From: Antechinus flavipes | Lineage: Eukaryota | Direction: 5' to 3' | DNA length: 64,000 nucleotides | Assembly (NCBI RefSeq): GCF_016432865.1 | Contig: NC_067398.1 | Location: 83,452,001 to 83,516,000, forward strand | Program-made: the position numbers and the translations under genes | Part shown: positions 20,901 through 35,165 of the stretch, piece after piece | How positions within the stretch are numbered: the first letter of the stretch is position 1 | Layout: each line of letters starts with the position of its first letter | The notes under the pieces: model-generated | Told to the model about the DNA's origin: nothing | What the model saw: only the letters and a program-made list of their open reading frames with translations | The model's database searches: none

Positions 20901-23900
20901 GTGATGGGGCGGAACCCTTCACTTCTCCGAGGTGAGGTCCAGACCCTGGTGACTGCATCATATGGGCAGCTTAACCGCGTGGGGAAACAGGCTCTGGACA
21001 GGGAAGGTCCAGGGTCACACAGGTAGTCACAGTCAGCATTCTCCCAAGTCAGTATTCTCCCTATATTCTGCCTTTGGACAACAGGAAAAAGTAAATCTCT
21101 ACATACTAGGAGGAAGGTGCTGGTTTCTGGAGTCCCTCTTCCTTGGCACATGGCTTTCCTTTGCTTTGATTCATGGCCTGATCATCTCCTTCTGTTGACT
21201 CCCCAAGTCCCCAGAGATGGGATTAAAATTCCTTGAGGAAGGAGAAGTGCGATTCTCGCTCAGGGCTCTGAGCCTGGGCCAGATCCCAGGAGAAGCTGGT
21301 GTCCCTTTGGGGTGAGGCTGGCCTCCTCCTTTCTAAGACTCCTCTCGGCTTACACAGACAGAGCTGGGAGTCTTCTCACCTTCCACCGGTGAGCCTCCAT
21401 GGTGAGGCCGAATGCCAGCCTGCCCAGCAGAGCTCCCAGAGTGGCTGCCTCCCGGAGCTGTCCCTGAGGTTGGGGGGGCCCTTGGGCTGAAGCTTCCTCA
21501 GGGCAGGAGCAGATATGCTGGGCTCTCTGGGACTCGGGGAGCTCTTCCAGGCCTTGTTCATTCTGTTGACTGACATCTGAGAATGTTTGCTCAGCCCCGA
21601 ACTTGTGGGTCACACCCAGTAGGTACAGGACAGGTCCGTTGGCCCCGTGGGGCTTTAAGGAAGCTGTGGTAAACTGGAAGATGGCAGCAAGTACCACCCA
21701 GCTCCACATCCAAAGGCTTCTAGGGAATATCAAGTGGCCGACTCTGGGGATCCGGTATGATTGTTCACCATGTCAGCCTGCCCCTACCCCAGCTTCAGAG
21801 CATAATCTGATACCCCCAGAGGCATCTGGGCTCTGATAACCCCTGAAAATTACCTGTATGTGTGTGGGGTGTCTGAAAGGTGGGCAGAGGGGACTGAGAC
21901 TTGGGAGCTGCTGTGGAGAAAGGCTGGCAGAACGAAGGAGTCGTTACCCTGGCCGGGCTCCCGGGCCTGAACATGCCCTGATGACCACAGTTCTCCAGAA
22001 TCACGCAGGCAAGGGGGGCTGGCAAACAGGCCTCGCTTCCTCCTCTGAGCTGGCGAGCCTGGCCTTCCACCCATGCTGGGGCGTTCCTCCTCCCTGGATC
22101 TTTGCCGTGCTTTGCTCCCCCTCCTAGGGAAGGAAATGGGTGTGACCACATTAGGTCCTGGAGCCCAGAGACGGGCCTTGGGGCAGTTAGGGCTAGCTGA
22201 ACCCCTCATCCTGGATGAGGGCTCTGTCACTTCCAACAAAGAATGGTTAGTCGATTGAATCCCTTAGCTGACATTCGTACGGCACTCGGAGGTTTTCAAA
22301 GCATTTTACACACAATTATCTCATATGTTCCAAGTGCCCTCCCATTGCTACTCTGCCCTTTCTGTTTCTGCTCAGAGCTTCAGTTTCCCTTTTGCAGGTG
22401 ACAAGGAAAGGGACTTGAGGTGAAAGTTGCATATTGAGCAGAGGGCAGATCTCTACACAGGTCACTAGTTATGGAGATCGGGGTGGAGAATAGGACTTGT
22501 GGCCCTTAGCACTAGTGACCGTTTTGAGACATTGTAGACAACCTGCCCCATTTCTCCCATCACTCTTAAATACCAAGTGAATGGTTGTCCCTTAGCACGG
22601 CTTCTTACATTTTTCCCATTTGAGACGCTTTTTCATCTGAGAAATGTTTACATGACTGAGTATATAGGTATATAAAACAGGCATACAAATCAAATATTTA
22701 TTGATAACAAATTATAATTTCATGACCCCCTCTCCCCCATTCAGTTACACAACCCCATACGGGATCATGAACCACAGTTTTAAGAAGCTGGATATTAGAG
22801 AAAGCCGGCTTCAAAGAGAGTGATCAGGAGGAAATCCCTCCCTTTTGATGTGTGAGCTTTTGTGCTTGTCCCAGAAGAGGAAGCATCTACTTCCATGATA
22901 CTCTGGTGGGACAGGCACTGGGCATTGAGAATTCACATAGAAGGAGAAGTGGTAGTGAACAGTATATTGGGAATCTTTTAAGAAAGTAAGGACATGCTTC
23001 CCTGAGACAGGCCAAAAGGCATCATACCACGATGTCAGTGTTGAGTTAGAGACCTCTCCCCAACGTCGGTATTCCTCCAGTAGCTTACTGTGGATCTGTT
23101 TCATTGAGTCGATGTCACTTCCTCTTTATCCCATTTATATGTTGACCTTGTACCTTCTCCTGGAGCAACAAGTTTCATAAATTCACCACGAGCTGCATTA
23201 GAGTAGGACATCGCCAAATTTGGAAAATGTAGGTATTTTAACCAAGACAAAGGGCAGAGGTGTTCCTTTGGACTTGATTTCTCCTAGTTGGCACCAGTTC
23301 TCAGCCATTAATGGTCTCATATTCCAGAAATGCTTTTCATAAGATACACATCTCTGAGCCATGGTTTTTGGGGGTCTCTCTGTTTTTTTGGAAGGATGCA
23401 TAGTGACATTGAATACATTGGGTTCCCAGGTGAGAAATCCTGCTTAGCAGCTGAGACTCTGATTGTGTTTGAGACTTGAAAGAGTTTTTGTTCCACTGGT
23501 TTTCTTCTGTCCCAACAAAGAGTTGGCGAGTTCTCTTTGGGCCAGGATGGCATTACCCCATTGGTTGGAGGATGTCAGGAAGGGTAAAATTCAGAGCCCC
23601 GCAAGAGCCTTTCCTATCACAGCGTCCTAGATCTTGTGGGGTCCTGAATGAACTGGCTGTGGAAACGGGCAGATCTGAAGCGCAGTTGGGAGAGGTAATT
23701 CTTGCAGTTTGGGGCATGGGATTCTCCTCTCTGGGCCTCAGTTTGCTCATCTGTAAAATGAGGGGGTTGAACTATCTGGGTCTTCTTAGAGCTCTCAATC
23801 CGAGAGCCCCCAGGCTGACCTCCCCCATTTTGCCCCTTCCCAGGAGCTCGGAGCAGCACCCAGGCCGACTCTCCCTCCAGTGACGATGAAGCGACGAGTG

Positions 23901-26900
23901 AAGTGTTGAGTCATTACAGCAGTACGAGTGAGGGGGCTAGCGTTGCCGAGGAGAGCCTAGGTAAGGGGCTGAGAGTGGAGGAGGGCTGTTGGTGCCTTTG
24001 GGGTGGCCGGGAGGTCGCTCAGCACAGGGCGGGAGAGATGCAGCGTTGTTCCCCTCTCCCCAGCACCCTTTCTCAGGGGCTGGGGCCACGAAGGGGAACT
24101 GATGGGTTCCTGGGGTGGGGTCTGCAGGCAACGAAGTAGTCGATGAACAGGCCCAACAAGAGGAGCTGGAGGAGAAGCTCAAGGAGCGCATTGACGATGT
24201 GGCCGACAAGAGGTACTTGTCTGTGTGGGGAGGGCGCTGGCACCCCCTCTCTCCTGCCCCTTTTCTCTTTGGGAGCCCAGAGGGCGGCCCCATCATCTCC
24301 ATGGGAGCTCTCACCTCTGTGGCTGGATGCCCCGGTGCTCTCTCGGCTGTGTTCCATGCTTGTGTTCAGTGCCCCAGTCTTTGTACATCCCCAGCTACAC
24401 CCTTGGGCCCAACTTGGGCTTCTGCGTGCCTCTGTGTCCTTCAGTCTGGGTGGCCCCAGAGCCTCGAGGGTGACGCGACCTGTGCCCGACCTTCAGTCTC
24501 ATTCTCCTCCAGTGCCAAGACCAGGCAGGGTGCTTTGGAGAGCCTGCGCCTGGCATTCTCCTCCCGGGTGCTCCTGGACTTCCTGCTGGAGCGGCGCCTC
24601 ACCCTCACCGACTCCCTCGAAAAGTGCCTTAAGAAAGGTTTGACTTGGTCTTCTGGCCCTTCCCACCCCAGCCCTGTCCCAGCTCCTCTTGCCTCTGAGT
24701 GAGGCCGGCCTCGGGGTGAGAGGGGAGTCTGTGGGAGGCAGGGCTTCTGCTGGCAGCCTTCTCCTGGGGCCCATGGGCTCTCGCTCAGGGGCTCGACAAC
24801 CTCCTTTGCAGGGAAAGGAGAGGAACAGTCTCTTGCTGCAACTGTGCTGACCCTCCTGTGCCTTCAGCTGGGTTCGGGGCCGGAAGGGGAGGAGCTCTTC
24901 CGGAGCCTGCGGCCCCTGCTCATCAGCATCCTCACCGATACCTCTGCCAATCTTGGAGCGCGGCACAGTGTGAGCATCTCCTGTTCTCCCCGGGGCTCCC
25001 CTCCTCCCTCTGGGCCTGGGCAGCTTAGGGACCGTCAGCTTTGGGTGACAGCTAACAAACCCCATCTGTTATAGGGGAGCAAACTTAGGCTCCCAGGGCT
25101 TGGCTAGGGGAGCGGGGCACGGCAGCGAGGAAGAGAAGCCCGGGGTTCTCGGATGGCCTGCAGCCTCTGGCTCATTTTAAAAACTCCTTGTTGTTATGAT
25201 GGAGTTGCCCAATGTCTCTGGACTTAGACACAAAACAGAAAAGGCATTCTAAGATGCTCCGACTTCCTGAGCATGTATTCAGCCGATCCTGTTGGTTCTC
25301 CTCCGGCCGAGCCTGGAAGGCACTGACTGATGTGTAGGGACAGAAGGGGGACGCGCGGGAAGCCCCGAGGCCGGGGCTGCAGTTAAGAATTGGCCCAGAG
25401 GGGGCCCTGGTGTCCCGAGGGTCATGAGTCTTTAGCGAGGCCATGAGTACAACCCCCTCATTTTACAGATGAGGAAACTGAGGCTGAGAGCTGAAGTGAC
25501 TTCTCTGTAGCCAGGGGTCTGAGGCCTGGGTTATTGAGAGTCTGACCCCTGCCCTGCTCTCCCCCGCAGTGTGCCTCAGCCCTCGGGATGTGCTGTTACA
25601 TCGCTGCTGCCGACGTGGAGGTGAGTGCCCAGAGCGTTCCCTGGTGCCCCCAGCAGGTGTGACGGAGCCGGCCTCCCACAGAGGCGCCTATGACACCTGG
25701 CCCACCTTCTCTCTTCCCCCAGGACCTCATCTCCTGCCTAGCCTGCCTTGAGGGCATCTTCACTGGGGCCTGTAGGGAGGAGTCCTCCTCAGCCCTGGCA
25801 CCCCTCCAAGCCCTGCATTGCTGTGCCCTCCAGGCCTGGGCCTTACTCCTCACAATCTGCCCGGGCACCCACATCAGCAGGGTTCTGGACAGGTATGTGG
25901 GGCAGTGGGGAGGAGGGAGAGCAAGGGGGAAAGGCCCGCTTGTCCTTCTCCCCATCCTTGGCCGTGTCCCTAACCCTCTCATGGCCTCAGGTCTGGGATC
26001 TGCCCCAACAGGAGCTGAATTTCTACTGTAAATAGAATGAGTTTCCAAAGGTGGTGGTGCTTTTAAATGGAACATTTTAGATTTGAGACTAGGTTTTCTG
26101 AGGCCACGTACAGTGCTCTTTCCATTAAAATACATTGCCTAGATTCGCTCTCCTGCAGGGAAATAGAGCAAGATATAGCTGCCATTTTCTTTAGTTGCTT
26201 AGCAGAAGGGGGGGGGGATCTCGGAAGGGATGGAGATTTCCAGATACTGGCAGTGAGGAGCCATGAGGTTAAGCAGAACCCGTCCACTTGCCTCTTCCCC
26301 CAAATTCCTGTAACGAGTAAGAAGCTTTTGCCTGTCCCGGGGTGAGGGGAGCCGTTAGTGTTTACTCACCTGGTGCCCCCTGCCCTTGCACAGCCAGCTG
26401 CCCCTGCTGCCCCAGCTCCTCTCCAGCGACAGCGTTCACCTTCGCATCGCAGCCGGGGAGACGATCGCCTTGCTCTTTGAGTTGGGCCGAGACCTAGAGG
26501 TACCAGGAGCAGCGGGTGGGAGGGGACCTCGTGCTGGGACCAGGAGCGGAAGTTGGGGCCTGTGGTTGGGGGCTGGGATCACCTGGGGAGGGTGGGATGG
26601 GGCAGGTAGAGAAAGCAGGACTGCCCCAAGCCTCCCTGTCCAACGCGTCTTCCTCAGGAGGACTTCCTGTATGAGGACACCGATAGCCTGTGCAGCACCC
26701 TCCGAGCCCTGGCCACGGACAGCAACAAATACCGGGCCAAGGCCGATCGCCGCAAACAGCGCTCCATCTTCCGGGACGTGCTGCACTTCATTGAGGTGGG
26801 GAGCCCCTCGGACCCACGTGCACACCAGAGCCCGTGTGGAGCCAGGGATGACGGTCATCACACCACGTTTTTCCTCCTCTCCCTGGTTTTTAGAACCAGA

Positions 26901-28043
26901 ACCTGGCGTGGGGCCCTGGATTCAGCTCCGCCTGCCGGGGTTTGAGTCCTTGAGCCCACCCGCAGCCAGTGCTGACTAATCACCGGCGCTGTCCTAGGTG
27001 CTGGCGCAGTGGTCCCCTCCCTCTGGGTCCCCCTGACACCGCACGTTCTGCTGCCCTAAGATGCCAAGGGTCTTGTGGGCCCTCCTAGGTCTCAGTGCTC
27101 TCTGCCCCTGCAGGGAGGCTCCTCGGGCCGTCTTGTGTGTCCAGCCCCCCCCACTGTCGGCACGGAGGGACGTTAATGTGGATTAACACCTCTGGGTGCC
27201 CTGGGCTTGTCTCGTAAGGGGGAAGGCCTGGGGAAGGCTTGGTTTCTGCCCCCCGGCCTAGTAGAGGAGGGAAGCATAAACCTGACCGTTATTCTGTGAG
27301 CTCAGTGGGGACGACCTCAGCCCCTCTCCTTCACCAGCATAGAGAAAGGGCGGAGAATGAGTTCCTGGGGATTAACAGCCTTTTCCTTGGTCGTGTTCGC
27401 CAGACTGGAGAGTGTCAGGAAGAGACAATCAAGTTTGGGCTGGAATGTATGTATGTGGACAGCTGGGTGCGACGCCGGACGTATGCAGCATTTAAGGAGA
27501 CCTTGGGCTCTGGGGTCCTCCACCACCTCCAGGTACTGTCCTGGGACCCTCCTTGCCCCGATCCTCCCTCCCCCATCTCCCAAAGGCCTGGCACTCCTTT
27601 GATTCACGTTGACCCCTTGGTTCTCCCAGAACAATGAACTTCTTCGAGACATCTTTGACTTGGGGCCGGTGCTAGTGCTGGACGCTGCGGCCATGAAAGC
27701 CAGCAAGATTTCCCGCTTTGAGAAGGTTTGTGGCGGTCCTGACCTCCCCATTGACTCATTTTCCTTCCGCCTCCCACCCTACCTGTGCCATCTTTTTGTT
27801 TGGCCTGTTTGACCAGAGGGCCAGTGGGTTGGGAAGAGGGGCAGGACCTCTTAGAACTTCCCCCTTTCAGGGAGACACACCATGCTCATCCCTCTTGGGC
27901 CAAGTTCGGGGGTGGAAAGCACCCCCAGCTTGCCCCTAAGCGGCCTCTCCTCTATTTTCCAGCACCTCTACAATTCAGCTGCCTTCAAAGCCCGGACGAA
28001 AGCGCGTAGTCGTGTACGGGATAAGCGCGCCGATGTGCTCTGA
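17692..28043 (+). CDS. IFRD2: Interferon-related developmental regulator 2 (ribosome-hibernation factor), 12 coding exons, 437 aa
   Basis: Exons 17692-17749, 23844-23960, 24128-24212, 24513-24637, 24812-24969, 25570-25620, 25723-25892, 26394-26499, 26658-26795, 27404-27532, 27630-27725 and 27963-28043. They total 1314 nt with all phases compatible. Runs from MPRARKG to AAFKARTKARSRVRDKRADVL. AATAAA at 28189-28194. Confidence 0.96.
17976..19313. repeat. G-rich minisatellite (VNTR), about 24 units of ~59 bp and ~40 bp
   Basis: Unit ggggccacagt(g/a)tggtgagaacagggctggggtgagggttttggggggctctgaaggac. The short variant lacks the aacagggctggggtgag part. Confidence 0.97.
19493..19676. mobile_element. 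Non-autonomous hAT/Charlie-like MITE
   Basis: Imperfect TIRs cagtgctgcttaaact...agttgaagaaactg. Flanks resemble the Charlie NTCTAGAN target (gtctagac and gtttagag). Confidence 0.6.
20843..21709 (-). CDS. Candidate uncharacterised secreted protein nested antisense in IFRD2 intron 1 (2 exons, about 194 aa)
   Basis: Exon A is 21709-21354 (MWSWVVLAAIFQFTTA signal-like start; donor GT|gtaagc, phase 2). Exon B is 21071-20843 (acceptor tttttcctgttgtccaaag; QNIGRILTWENADCDYLCD...QQTR*). The join is in frame. GC3 is about 65% in exon A. I recognise no homologue, and the Kozak context is poor. Confidence 0.35.
22596..22790. mobile_element. Second copy of the same hAT/Charlie-like MITE
   Basis: Shares tttttc...tgaaaaatgtttaca, tacaaatcaaa(c/t)attta(c/t)tgataa and cccacattcagtta...ccacagtt..aagaa.ctg with 19493-19676, in the same orientation. 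Confidence 0.6.
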
Positions 28044-30042
28044 GTGCCAGGCTCCCCCTGGCCTTGGGGCTGGGTGAGGAGGCTGCTCCCAGCCCAGTTT
28101 TTATACAGAAAAACAATGTCACAACGCTTTACATCTTGTGGCCTGGCTCCCTGAGGGCCTGCGCTTTATTTTTTTAATGACAAAACCAAATAAAGGTGTC
28201 AGGGTGGGAGGGCTGCCAGGAGCAGGGCTGCCCTGGTCTCTCCCCGACCCCCTGCCCTCAGCTCCCCTTTCCTCCAGCCCTCTTCCTTCAGTCCCATCTC
28301 TCCTGCTGGGCCAGGTTTGATTTGGGCCATGGGAAGATCGATTACCTTCTGTGCCTGACTGTTCTCAGGGGATGAGGTACTGATGTCACAATGATGTCAA
28401 GGAAGGAGAGAATGCAGATTCCCAGACTGAGGAGGAAGTGGGGGGAATCGTCTCTCCCTCTCCTCTGGGTGCTCTTCCCCCTGGATTGACCAACCACTCC
28501 GTCTCCCTAGGAGAGAGCTGGATGATGTACCCGGAGAGGTCCCGTCACCTGGAGCGGTCCCTCCTCAGGCTGGGATGCTCCTCCTCTTCCTCCTCCAGTC
28601 CATAACACATACTCAGTATGGCCTCCACCCTCCCACACCTTGGCTATGCTGGAGCGGGGAGGGAAGCAGGGAAGGGGGCTTTCTGGAATGTACGTATGTG
28701 TTGATTTTATAAGAAGATTAATATTAGAGATGATTAAATGAGAGCATACCTTGGCTTCCATCTTTTGCCTCAGTTGTGCTCTTCTGTACCTACTCCCGGC
28801 TGGCCCTTTGGACCCACCTGGGCAGGAGGGAAGAAGCGGAGCTGGTTCCCCAGCCTTCGTTCCTGACTGTGTAAGGGGAGAAGGTCGCAGAGCAGATTGT
28901 TGCTTTTCCCCCATGGAGCCCCTGGCTACCCAGGGAACAAGTGCTTTCAGGGTGACCTCAATGATGTGGCCAGGCCAGGCTTTGGGCTGGGGCTGGGGAT
29001 ACTCTCTCCTCTGGACTCCGACACCTCCTTTCCCTCCCACAAACTGGGCCATATTTGTATGGTTTCCCTTGCCCTCGCATCCCTGTGAGGCTGCTTCTCA
29101 GTCAGCTCCCTGGTCTCCCGCTGTAGCAGAGCCGTTGGCCTGAGGGAGCAGGCCCTGTCCGGGAGCCCTCAGCTCCTCGGGGAGAGCTGGGGAATGGGTT
29201 GGATCCGTCTCCCCCGAGGCCGAGCCTCTGCAGGGTGGCTCGGAGCACTTGGCTGGTCCATGGAGGGAAGGCAGAGCAGCTATTTTGGGAAGGCCTCAGA
29301 CAGAGACTTGAGCTCGCTCTATCTGGGATGCAGACAGTGGGTGAGTGGCGGCCTGGCCAGAAGGTGTTGACAGGAGGAGAGGCTGCGAGGGGGGGCAGGG
29401 AGGCTTCCTCTATCCCTTTTCAGATGCTTCATTGCCTCCAGAAACATGTTGCCCTTATTACTTGGGCCCTTGAACAGGAGCTTTGACCTGGGGCCCAGCG
29501 ACCCCTGATCCCCAGCTTCCTCGCCTTTTCTAGACAGGGCAAAGCCTCAGTGGCCTGGCGTGGCGGCCGAAGTCCTGGACAGGGGAGTCGGGAGACACTG
29601 GCTCTCCCCTTCCTTTCATGTTTCACCCTATGTGGGGCTCTCCTCACAACTGGCGTTTAATCTTAGCCTCTAGACCAGTGACTAATAAAAGGCAAGCCAC
29701 CCGTGCCTCAGTTTCCCCAAGGCGGATGGTGATATTTGCATGATCCATGTGTTGTGAGGCAACTTGCGAATCCTGCGGGGGCTGGGGGCTCTCCCACCTT
29801 TCTCTCCAGGCTGTGTTGGGTTGGCAGGCTACAGGATCCGCTCATAGGTAAGTGAGGACAGGCTTAAGACTGAGCCATTTATTGATATAAAAAATGTACT
29901 GTAGAAACATATAAATGGGGAGGGTGCGGTTGGGCACATAATTATGGGCCGCAGGCGTCGCCCGCCGCCGTCCTCGAGCACGGGCAGAGGGTCCCCGGCC
30001 CGAGCCTGGGGGCAGAGGAGGCCGCCAAGGCCGGCTCCCTGC

Positions 30043-32531
<2,489 letters not shown>

Positions 32532-32666
32532 GGTCAGGTGTGGTGGTCAGTGGGGTTGGGGCCAGATGGGTAGTGCCCTGGGCAAGGGGGAGGAGTAGAG
32601 GCAGCAGCCAGCACCTCTCAAAACTCCTGTCCAGGCCACTGGCTTCCCAGAGCACGTTTGCCCAGT

Positions 32667-32715
32667 CTAGAAATAGTCCTGAGCTCAGCCTAGAGGGGGT
32701 TATATTTAGAGGAGG
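32667..32715 (-). promoter_or_regulatory. LSMEM2 proximal promoter with MEF2 site(s)
   Basis: TTATATTTAG at 32700-32709 fits the MEF2 consensus YTAWWWWTAR exactly. CTAGAAATAG at 32667-32676 has one mismatch. Both lie 135-180 bp upstream of the ATG. Confidence 0.55.
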
Positions 32716-34959
32716 CGGGACTAAGTAGGGTGGGAGAAGAGGGGGTGAGAGCAATCAGAAGTCCCGGGAAAGGCAATGGGGCCCAAGCATTCTGGCGTGG
32801 GAGCGCAGACTGGTATCATAATTGAGAGCTGGAAAGGAACTGGGAGATCATCTAACAGGCCCCCTCATCTTACAGCCCAGGACACAGAAGAGCAGAGAAG
32901 GGAGGCACTTGTCCAAAACCAGCTAGTTAGGAAGCGGCAGAGCTGGGATCCACACGGGGGCCTCGTTCCAAGCCCATTCCTGTGTTACACCATATTACTT
33001 CTCTGCTCCAGCTCGAGGTGGTGAGGGGGGGGCGCATTCTGTTTCTGAATGTCCCTGTTTATTTTTGGTGCAGTTCAGGCTAAGGGCAGCTGGTGGTGAT
33101 CTGCTCTTTGCCCAGCCAGAGGGTCCTGGGATACCCCAGAAATGTTCTACGAGGAGCTGGCCCCCAGCCTCCCAGCTGACCCGACCCAGAGGGTGTCACA
33201 GGAGCCACTGTGCCCCACCATGATCTAGCTCTTCACGATCATTCACATATTCTCATGTATACACACACATGTCTAACACTTATATAGCCTTTTACAAAGC
33301 ACTTAGATACACATCATCTCATTTGATCCTCATGACAACCCTGGAAGGTAGGTACTATTAATCCTCATTTTAGACACAAGGAAACTGAGGATGAAAATGG
33401 TTAGAACATTATCCAGAGTTTTTGAGGCAAGATTAGAATCCAGGTTTTCTCAATCCCAAATCTGGGGATTGTATCATCTAGCTTGCCTCAGTACATAGAA
33501 TCATGGAACTCAAAGAGATCTTAGCAATAGCCTAGTCCATCCCCCCTGATTTTTTATAAATGAAGAAACTGAGGTTGGAAGAGATTATGACTTGTTCAAG
33601 CAGCAGAGTCAGAATCTGAACTGAGGGCTCCTGGTTCTATAGATCCAGCGATTGTAAGAGCCTCCTGACTCATCTGTCTTTAACACAAAAGTTCTGAACC
33701 CATTTTTATTTTGAAGACTCCTTTGTCTGCTAAAACTTATCAGAATGAATTTTTTTGGGGGTAAAACAATTGGGGTTAAATGACTTATGCAGGGTCACAC
33801 AGCTAATGTGTTAAATATCTGAGACCGGACTTCCTTAGAATGTTTTTAAATGGATAAAATAAAATACATTGGACTAGAAAAGAAACCAAAGGTTAGTGTG
33901 AAAATGAAGGCATCAATTTTTTTCCCATTCAAATTATAGGCCTCCTATAATCCATCTATAGACTTATTGGGTGCCCCTTCTCTGCAGTCTCTCCATTCCA
34001 TTTGGCATATGCTAAAAGTCCTGGAGAGGATAAAATGGCCAGAGATGCGCGCTTGTGCTTCTGTGCCCATTCCGTACAGTGTCCTCCCCCTCCCATAGCC
34101 CTGCAAGCTAAAGCTCTACCCAGCAGCCAGGCCCGTGGACCTTGTTCAGCATCCTCTGGGCGTCTATGTGGATAACCTGCTCCCCAATGAGTCACAACTA
34201 GGAACCAACCAGGGGTTGATGGGAAGAGACATAAAACCATAGCGTTAACAGAGCATTAGAAGTGAGTGACAAGAAATATCAAATGCAGGGTGTGTGTGAG
34301 TGTGTGAAACTCCTCCTGTAGAAACCTCAGAGTAATACAGCGTTGGATGTATTGCAATAACCTTGCACACCCACACATACATTCAAGCAACGATGTACAT
34401 TATATACTTTTCACACAGATACAACTCTACACCTGTGCGTTTATCTGGGCCAACCGGCGCTGATAGTTCTCAAAGGCCTTACGAGGTTGCAAAAGGGATG
34501 TTATACCAAGAACTAAAGATGTCCATAGCTGTGTCCACACTTGTACATATTATTGCACAGCCTCTTCTCACAAAATCCTACAATATCACGGCTTGGAGGC
34601 AACTTAATCTTGTCCAAGCCCTTCGTTGTACAGAGTGGGAAATGGACTCAGAGAGCCAAATAGAATTGTTTCTAGTCGTACGGACAGCAAGGGATCTGCA
34701 GCCAAAGTTCAGGTCTCCTAACTTCCACCCTGAGGTATTCCCCATCCTCCCCATTCCCACCTCAGCAGCTTTGGGGAAAGAGATGTAGGGGACCCTATAC
34801 CCTGAGAAGGATTAAGTCTTATATATAAAGATACTTATATAATATGTACAAACACATTTCCATATCTATATAATCACAGCTAGATCTCAATGAATGAAAA
34901 TAAGGAATCTCCTGAAGTGGCAGGCATTTGAATGTGTGTTATTTGAAGCCATACTTTTG

Positions 34960-35165
34960 TATAAATTATTATATACATAATATATTATTGCATTGCATAT
35001 TATATCATATATATTATTTAAGATATATAATATATATGATTTAAGATATCTACATATATATTATATGGATGATATATAATTATATATTATATAAATTTTT
35101 TATTCTATACATTATAACACACTATAATATATATTAGTACAATATATATTATAATTATGTCTAGT
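34960..35165. repeat. AT-rich (TA) low-complexity tract
   Basis: Degenerate tatatat/tataat run. Confidence 0.8.

Noticed and set aside
21948-22124. Extra minus-strand exon (cctag acceptor to gtaacg donor) with an RRKR motif
   Set aside because: It lies upstream of the signal-peptide ATG, I could not link it in frame to the candidate gene, and such sites are common.
22811-23104. KLLEEYRRWG as an RTE reverse-transcriptase motif
   Set aside because: The flanking FADD and IN..KT motifs are missing, so I left it unclassified.
29734-29741. Octamer ATTTGCAT
   Set aside because: It is a single 8-mer inside a MIR-like remnant, with no snRNA PSE nearby.
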